Shown piece after piece: positions 58,196 through 64,000 of a stretch of 64,000 nucleotides of DNA; the first letter of the stretch is position 1, and each line of letters begins with the position of its first letter. The translations under genes and the position numbers were made by a program. This stretch comes from Candidatus Latescibacterota bacterium (GTDB lineage Bacteria > Latescibacterota > UBA2968 > UBA8231): the NCBI GenBank assembly GCA_965200315.1, contig OZ241362.1:3264001-3328000 (forward strand), written 5' to 3'. The notes beneath the pieces are model-generated. The model was not told the DNA's origin and made no database searches. It worked only from the letters and a program-made list of their open reading frames with translations.

Positions 58196-60688
58196 TCAAT
58201 ACACCACGTGAACGAGGCGGTGCCGCACGGTGCGCTCCACGCGCGAGTCGTCGTTGGGCACCACTTCTACCGCTAGCAGATACAGTCCGGGGGCGACCAG
58301 TGCGCCGGCTTGATCTTCGCACGACCAGCGCAGGGCGTATTCGCCGCTGACCAAGGGCCGCGTCTCCTGCCAGTGCCGCACCAGCCGGCCGACTAGGTCG
58401 TAGATCCGAACGTGGAGCGGCTGGGTGCCGGTCAGTTTGGTGACCGCGAACGAAAAAGCCAACTCGTCGTTGACTCCATCTCCATTCGGCGTCGCGACCC
58501 CACTGCCAATGCTCAGGTCGCCCAGCACGTGGCGGCCGCCTTCTGGACCTACCAACAGCATCCCCTGCCCGGTCGCCAACTCCGTTGCATCCGCTGGATC
58601 AACCCGCTGCCAAGAGCTCTCAAGGGCCGAATGTCCCAACGACGCCTTGAACACGGCACCGGGTAAGTAGAGGGCGGTGGCGAATTGCACCTCAATCAGA
58701 TCGGCTGAGGACGGGCCGACGACCTCGCTTAGCCGCACCCACAAAGAGTCTGGGGCCGTCGCCACCACTTCTGCTGAGGCCACCAGTTCCGCGCTGTCCC
58801 ATTGGGCTTCGCGCCCCAGCCGCAGTCCGCGGAACTCCAGTGCCATGTTGTCCGGTGCCCTTATCTGCACCTCGTCAAACCCCACGCTCTGAGCAGCGAA
58901 ACTCGGTTTGATGAAAAGCGAAAGCTCCTGCTTTGTGCCCAACGCGCCCACGACGCTGGGTTCGATCTCGCCCCAAAGCTGGTTGGCCAGCGGCTCGACG
59001 AAGTTGAGCTGAATGGAGCGCAGCTCGGCCGCGCGGTGTGGGTCGTCCGAGAGCAAGCGAGCCTTGAGCTGTAGAAATTGGCGCGGACTCGGAGAAGTGA
59101 TCGCCGCGCCCGACACCTCGTAGGGCAGGCTCCACGCGCTCCAGTCGCCCCCGGGGACTTCCGTCGTATCGATCCGCCCCTTGCTGAAAAAGCCCAAGCC
59201 GGCGTATGCCTCAGCCGAAACCTCGGCACCGCCGCTGTTGAAGTAGCTATACTCTTCGACCAACTCGCTGCCCGTGCGCGTCTGGATTTCGATAAAGGTC
59301 CTCAAGCCGGCGTCGCCATCCCATTCAATCGAGACCAAGTTCTTCGTGCTGCCCAAGCGGATGAGCGGCGAAACCAACTCGACTTCCGGCTGGAAACCCT
59401 CTCCGTAGAACTGCACCTCACGCGGCTTGAACTGACCGCCTCCCCAGAACAAAATCCGCGCAAAGCGCGTCCGCGTCGGCGCGAACGTATCCACGTCGTA
59501 CACGTCTCCTGTAAAGTGGCCAGAAGTGGCGCGATTGCGCCGCGAGGCCTGCGTCGTCCACACCAACGAGCCGTCCGCAGCGAGTGAGCCGTCCGAAATC
59601 TGCAAGTCGTAATTGGGGAAGCGGCTGCGCTGGCGGTCGTAGTAAATCTGGTGCCGGTCGATCCAGAAGGAAGAGCCTAAATCAAAGAATAACTCCCGTA
59701 TCTCGTCGGTGCTGGTAAAGGCCAAGGAGGTCTCGAAGATGCCGTCGAAGAAGGCCGTCGCCGGCGCGTTGTCCAAGAAGGTGAGTAGCGCGACGCCTTT
59801 GCGCTCCACCAAGCCCAGCGAGATGTTTTCCCCGAGCGTCTGGACCTCCAACTCGGCCAGCCGCGGGCGCTCGCGGCGGTAGCGGCGGATATCACCGCGC
59901 AACGCGGAGTCAACCGCTTCGTACGTGGCTTCGCTCACCTGCACTTGGCCCGCGCCGGCCTTTTTGTAAAAATCCACTGCGCCTTGATCCGCCGCCGCTA
60001 GCTGGTCGTATTGTTCAGCCGACACCTCGGCGGCTCGCGTACTATCCTTGTCGGTGATCGTCACGCGCACGAAGCGGATGTAGTCGCTCACCATGCGCCC
60101 CTCTCGGTCAAAGCGCGTGGGCTCCAGCTCCACTTCAAATGCTCGCTGGTCCTTGTTCGACTTCAAGGTGCGAAAGACTTGGTTGAACCTGCGTTGACCT
60201 TTTGTGACCTCGGCTCCGTCCGAGGTCAAGACCACGAATTGCAGGAAGGGGTCGCCTAGCTCCTCGCCGACGAATTTGAGCCGGATGTGGGTGGCCGCCA
60301 CCAGCCGTCCCAAATCGACCTCAAACCACCATTGGCGCAACGGGCTGGCCGGATCGGGTTCCCAATAGGTGCTCAAGTCCCCGTCGAGAAGGTGGACCAG
60401 ATCCGCCGCCCGAGTGCCCGCACTAAGGGCGTCGCGCAGGGTCGCGCCCTTCGAGTCTTTGCCGCGCTTGATAAACGCCGCGATGTCTGCGGTGGCCAGT
60501 GTGTTCTTGGACGCGAAGTGGGGCCGCACGGCCCCGGTTTCGCCGATGTCGAGCGTACCGCCGGGAAAAGTCCACTGCTGCCAGTGCGCTTGCCGCTCAA
60601 CGACGACCTTGTTCCCGGCGATGGTATGGCCCTGTCCCCAAGCGGCGACAACGCCCAAGACACTCAGCAACAACGCAGCATTCAACAT
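58196..60688 (-). CDS. Secreted FlgD-Ig/T9SS-CTD-like domain protein (subtype A)
   Basis: HWQ.WTFP.GTL, YWEP, WF.VDLGRLV, PRLAELEV, QTRTG, TPNGDGVND; ends VHVVY. Confidence 0.8.
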   Translation of the reverse strand: MLNAALLLSVLGVVAAWGQGHTIAGNKVVVERQAHWQQWTFPGGTLDIGETGAVRPHFASKNTLATADIAAFIKRGKDSKGATLRDALSAGTRAADLVHLLDGDLSTYWEPDPASPLRQWWFEVDLGRLVAATHIRLKFVGEELGDPFLQFVVLTSDGAEVTKGQRRFNQVFRTLKSNKDQRAFEVELEPTRFDREGRMVSDYIRFVRVTITDKDSTRAAEVSAEQYDQLAAADQGAVDFYKKAGAGQVQVSEATYEAVDSALRGDIRRYRRERPRLAELEVQTLGENISLGLVERKGVALLTFLDNAPATAFFDGIFETSLAFTSTDEIRELFFDLGSSFWIDRHQIYYDRQRSRFPNYDLQISDGSLAADGSLVWTTQASRRNRATSGHFTGDVYDVDTFAPTRTRFARILFWGGGQFKPREVQFYGEGFQPEVELVSPLIRLGSTKNLVSIEWDGDAGLRTFIEIQTRTGSELVEEYSYFNSGGAEVSAEAYAGLGFFSKGRIDTTEVPGGDWSAWSLPYEVSGAAITSPSPRQFLQLKARLLSDDPHRAAELRSIQLNFVEPLANQLWGEIEPSVVGALGTKQELSLFIKPSFAAQSVGFDEVQIRAPDNMALEFRGLRLGREAQWDSAELVASAEVVATAPDSLWVRLSEVVGPSSADLIEVQFATALYLPGAVFKASLGHSALESSWQRVDPADATELATGQGMLLVGPEGGRHVLGDLSIGSGVATPNGDGVNDELAFSFAVTKLTGTQPLHVRIYDLVGRLVRHWQETRPLVSGEYALRWSCEDQAGALVAPGLYLLAVEVVPNDDSRVERTVRHRLVHVVY

Positions 60689-60700
60689 GGCCCCTGCTCC

Positions 60701-62650
60701 TCAATAGGCGACGGCAACGGGCCGGATATGCACTTGGCGCTGCCCGCCACTCTCGACCTCGACTTGGCAGATGTACAGACCGGGGGCCACCTGCTGGCCG
60801 GCCTCGTCTCGCCCGTCCCATTGACGCGGATGCCGACCCGCGCCATCGGCGTCTGCGTACACGCGCCGCACCAAGCGGCCGCTCAAGTCTCTCACCAGCA
60901 CCTCCACCGGCACCGGCTCGGTCACTTTGAGCAGTTCGTAGGCGATCTCCACTTGATCGTTGATCTGGTCGCCGTTGGGCGTAAACGCCTCGGTGTTCAA
61001 CGACACGGCTCCTAAAACCTTATCGTCAAGGGTCATCGCCTGTACCAAAAGTTGGTTGCCATCCACCAGTTCGGTGGCCTCGCCAGCGGCCACGAGTTGC
61101 CCGATCTCTCCCGGCGCGGTGCTGTCGATCACCCGGCCCGAAAAAATCGCGCCAAAGCGGAAAATTTCCGCACGCACATCCACTTCGAGCAGCTCGCCGC
61201 TGCGCTCGACATCCAGCCGTGGGAAACCCAAGACTACGCCGGCCTCTTCGGCCACGGCGCTGAAATCCGCCACGGGCGCACCGCTGAGGCGCACGGCCTC
61301 CACGCCGACGATCCGCCCGCCGACCAAGCGCAGGTCCAAACCGTCAAACCCTTGGTCGCCGGGTTCAATCGTCGGGCGCACTGCATAGGTGAACGTGCGT
61401 TCCTCAGCCACGGCCGCTTGCCAAGGATCGATTTCGCCGACTAGGCCGGTCACCAAGCGCGGGGAAACGGCGAATTCGAGATAGTCGAGCTGGCCGCCGG
61501 CTTGGCCGAAGGATTTGAATGCTATCCCGAACTGCACGTAGCGGTGGGAGCGCGTCGCCCGCAGGGCCACGCCCACGCTGTCAGCGAATTCATACGGCGA
61601 CGACCACAGCTCCCATTGGGCGGTGTCGTCGGTGATGGCCCCGCGCACGATCGGCCCCAAACGGCCATAGGTTTTGCGGGTCAGCAGCTTGCCGTCCTCG
61701 CCAAAGGGCACCTGCTCGTCGCCGCGGAAGGTCTTGCGCCAGTACACGAGCGGCGTCTCGTCACCGCCGGCGCGGGAGCGGATTTCCACTTGGGCCCCTT
61801 CGTCCTGCCGCCCTCTCCAGCGCACCCAGCCCAAATTAGCGAATTCGCCTAAGTCGAGAACATTGGACTGATAGGAAGCCGAGCCTTGGAAACCGCCGCC
61901 GTACACCTCCAACTCAGCTAGATCCCATATCTCATTTTGGGGCATCACGTGAATCATCAAATAGCGGATCGGCGTTCCATCGAGCTCGATATCGAGCTGC
62001 GGATTTTTGTTTTCCCGAATCTCCTCAACCACCTGCAGCTTAATGCCCTTCTTTTGGTCGGCCTCTCTCAGCGACCGACTGAGCGCACTCGCTCCAACGA
62101 ATTCAATCTGATCAACGCCGCCCCCAGCATCGGTCTGCGCGGCGACGATGACGTGGGCGACCGAGCGCTCGCTGCCCATCTGCGGAACGAAGCGGACCAA
62201 CCGCGTCGCAAAGTCGCCGCCGAGATCAAAGAAAAAAGCCGTGCCGCGGAAGGTATGGGCGTGTTCCCTCGGACGAGTTTCCAAGAAAAACGTCGTCGGG
62301 TCCCCATCGATCACCAACCGCAACTCGTCGCCGACATCTTCAAAGCCATTGTACGCGCCGTGCTGAAAATTGCCGCTGACCCCGCTCAAGGTCGTCGCCA
62401 TATTATCGCTCTCGTTGTAGAAGAACGGCGATATCTGCTCAGTGAGCGCGAGCCCAAAGCTCTCACCGCCTAAATTCTTGTCTAAGTCGGCCCAGCTCAA
62501 TTGGCGGAACTCGGCACCGGCCTCCACCTCGGCCGGAGGCAGCAAGCTCTCGCCGCCGATGCGATAGACGACCAAGGCCGCGCTGGGATGGACGCCGAGC
62601 AAAGCCAACAGGGCCGCGATGAGCCACATCGTGCGCTGCTTTTTTTTCAC
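60701..62650 (-). CDS. Secreted FlgD-Ig/T9SS-CTD-like domain protein (subtype B)
   Basis: GTG start after GGAGG; VYRIGG; YWR.TFRGDE; FTPNGDQIND...WDGRD..G..VAPGLY; ends VAVAY. Confidence 0.8.
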   Translation of the reverse strand: MKKKQRTMWLIAALLALLGVHPSAALVVYRIGGESLLPPAEVEAGAEFRQLSWADLDKNLGGESFGLALTEQISPFFYNESDNMATTLSGVSGNFQHGAYNGFEDVGDELRLVIDGDPTTFFLETRPREHAHTFRGTAFFFDLGGDFATRLVRFVPQMGSERSVAHVIVAAQTDAGGGVDQIEFVGASALSRSLREADQKKGIKLQVVEEIRENKNPQLDIELDGTPIRYLMIHVMPQNEIWDLAELEVYGGGFQGSASYQSNVLDLGEFANLGWVRWRGRQDEGAQVEIRSRAGGDETPLVYWRKTFRGDEQVPFGEDGKLLTRKTYGRLGPIVRGAITDDTAQWELWSSPYEFADSVGVALRATRSHRYVQFGIAFKSFGQAGGQLDYLEFAVSPRLVTGLVGEIDPWQAAVAEERTFTYAVRPTIEPGDQGFDGLDLRLVGGRIVGVEAVRLSGAPVADFSAVAEEAGVVLGFPRLDVERSGELLEVDVRAEIFRFGAIFSGRVIDSTAPGEIGQLVAAGEATELVDGNQLLVQAMTLDDKVLGAVSLNTEAFTPNGDQINDQVEIAYELLKVTEPVPVEVLVRDLSGRLVRRVYADADGAGRHPRQWDGRDEAGQQVAPGLYICQVEVESGGQRQVHIRPVAVAY

Positions 62651-62662
62651 AATGGCACCTCC

Positions 62663-62699
62663 AAGAAGAAAGGGGGATGGCACTAGCCCATCCCCCCTT
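62663..62699 (-). terminator. Intra-operon stem-loop / intrinsic terminator-like element
   Basis: mRNA AAGGGGGGAUGG-GCUAGUG-CCAUCCCCCUUUCUUCUU, immediately before the RBS of the next gene. Confidence 0.7.
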
Positions 62700-62727
62700 G
62701 TCCTTGCATCCGTAAGACGCTGCCTGC

Positions 62728-63678
62728 TTACTGAACGTAGGCAGACTTGATGCGACCCCAGCTATTCTCTTCGACCGAGGTCTCGATCGCGCTGAAATCG
62801 ACGCGCGGATCAACGGGTGCCAATAGGAAATCCGTGGCCGAAGCCGTGGTTTTCCACACGTCGCTGGCGCCCGAAAGAGACCACTGGCCGGAGTGCTCGG
62901 CATCCTGGCCAACGCCGCCGTCGGCACCGGCTACATCGCTGTCGAAGACCGCCCAGCCCAAGCCGGTGATGTCGCCCTCGTTGTAGTCGTGGATGACGCT
63001 GCCTTCCGGGTCGTTGAAGAGAAAGTCGTCCCAAGCTTGACGCCGCACCTCGATAAAGGCCGTGGCCTCGCCGCCGCCGATTTGGCCGTCCAAGCGGAAG
63101 CCGTGGTCGGCGTAGGGCAGCTCGTCGTGCCACTGCGCTTGGGTCATCCAAAACCACGACCAGCTCTCTTGTCCGTCGGGGCCGAGGTTCGGGAAGCGGG
63201 TGTGGTAGGACTGCGCCCAGCGGCCTTGGGCCAAGGTGCGCTCTTCCTCATCCTCTATGTCGGAGCTGCCGAAGCGCATCTGCTCGCCGCCGTGGTCGCC
63301 ATCGACGTGCATTTCCCAGCTATCGTCGCCGCCGGCCACGCCGCCCATGGCGTCGCGATCGTAGAAGTCGTCAAAGCGCTCCATCATAAAATAGAGGCTA
63401 TTGGTCGATTCACTCCAGCCGACGATAGTGCGGAAGTTCAAGTCGCCGAAATCGGCCGGCTTTTCTCCATTGAACGCGGTGTGATCGGCAAAGGAAATCA
63501 AGTAGTCCTCGGGCACGATCGACCATTCGGACAGATCGCCGTCCAGCGTGGGCTCAAGGCCCGCCGGCCACTGGAAAGCCGTGCGGACAGCACCCTCGGG
63601 CACATGCGCCGTAGCCGGAGCAACGACGCCCACGCACAGGGCCAGTGCGAGCAAAACAGTGATTTTCTGCAAAATCAT
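62728..63678 (-). CDS. Secreted CBM9-like/DOMON-like protein with C-terminal SVE..SWGRIK motif
   Basis: Signal peptide; PTLDGDLSEW, GWS...N.LYF, DDS.E..VDGDH, IGLG..V.D.D; ends TSVEENSWGRIKSAYVQ; AAGGAGG RBS (start may be TTG 63672). Confidence 0.72.
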   Translation of the reverse strand: MILQKITVLLALALCVGVVAPATAHVPEGAVRTAFQWPAGLEPTLDGDLSEWSIVPEDYLISFADHTAFNGEKPADFGDLNFRTIVGWSESTNSLYFMMERFDDFYDRDAMGGVAGGDDSWEMHVDGDHGGEQMRFGSSDIEDEEERTLAQGRWAQSYHTRFPNLGPDGQESWSWFWMTQAQWHDELPYADHGFRLDGQIGGGEATAFIEVRRQAWDDFLFNDPEGSVIHDYNEGDITGLGWAVFDSDVAGADGGVGQDAEHSGQWSLSGASDVWKTTASATDFLLAPVDPRVDFSAIETSVEENSWGRIKSAYVQ

Positions 63679-63741
63679 CCTCCTTGGTTTTAGGTATAAC
63701 GCCCTCTGTAGTGGGACGTATCTTGTATAAAAAAATTAAAA

Positions 63742-63766
63742 AGTGAAAACAAATTTTTGTTTCACT
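63742..63766. promoter_or_regulatory. Imperfect palindrome in AT-rich promoter region, candidate operator
   Basis: AGTGAAAACAAATTTTTGTTTCACT upstream of the CBM9-like gene. Confidence 0.4.
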
Positions 63767-63808
63767 GCACTTCGGCGAGGACCTCCTTTCTCTTGCAGCG
63801 GTTGCCAT

Positions 63809-64000
63809 CTACTGAGGCATTTGCAAATACGCAATGCGGCTCTGAGCCGCCGCCAGCGCCTGCTCGTCGCCGCGCCAGTGCCGGACAAAAGCTCCGTAGG
63901 CGAGGCGCGCGGCCGCGGCCTCGCCCTGTTTTTCGTAGGCTTGGCCCAGCGCGTAGTGGGAGCGCGCATGCGTGGAATCGCGCCGCACGACCTCCTCAAA
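63809..64000 (-). CDS. C-terminus of TPR-repeat protein (partial, runs off window)
   Basis: FEEVVRRDSTHARSHYALGQAYE...AY..FV.HWRGD...LQMPQ*, matching the C-terminus of the TPR protein at 26748-28730. Confidence 0.8.
   Translation of the reverse strand, partial: FEEVVRRDSTHARSHYALGQAYEKQGEAAAARLAYGAFVRHWRGDEQALAAAQSRIAYLQMPQ

Noticed and set aside
12919-62650. Diversity-generating retroelement or shufflon acting on the FlgD paralogs
   Set aside because: No reverse transcriptase or recombinase, and no near-identical nucleotide template/variable repeat pair noticed; paralogs are anciently diverged
1-64000. CRISPR array, tRNA, rRNA, riboswitch
   Set aside because: No regularly spaced direct repeats and no recognisable structured-RNA consensus seen by eye; a covariance-model scan would be needed to exclude small RNAs

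Overview
GC-rich bacterial DNA. Gene content (six PhyH dioxygenase copies, ASPIC/UnbV-CRTAC1 proteins, TPR proteins, FlgD-Ig-tailed secreted proteins, a C-terminal WGxIK motif, a DUF6785-like transporter, an AAA/PD-(D/E)XK protein) resembles FCB-related candidate phyla such as Ca. Latescibacterota, possibly a sponge symbiont; this is inference only. The window holds catabolic clusters, a lower-GC accessory/defence region (two-gene membrane module; DUF5131 + TcmP + GmrSD-like nuclease) and many deletion-scarred pseudogenes. The main candidate for an undescribed system is a 15-kb minus-strand envelope operon at 48.7-64 kb: TPR protein, CBM9-like protein with WGxIK tail, three paralogous FlgD/T9SS-CTD-like surface proteins all ending in Tyr, two paralogous ~900-aa predicted outer-membrane barrels with acidic loops, and a SurA-like PPIase lipoprotein. 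Further cargo-like cassettes of the same family lie at 12.9-17.5 kb and (broken) 23.1-24.2 kb. CCWGG looks strongly depleted with excess of its C>T products. No rRNA, tRNA, CRISPR array, integrase, transposase or reverse transcriptase was recognised. All family assignments are from motif recognition by eye; no searches were run.
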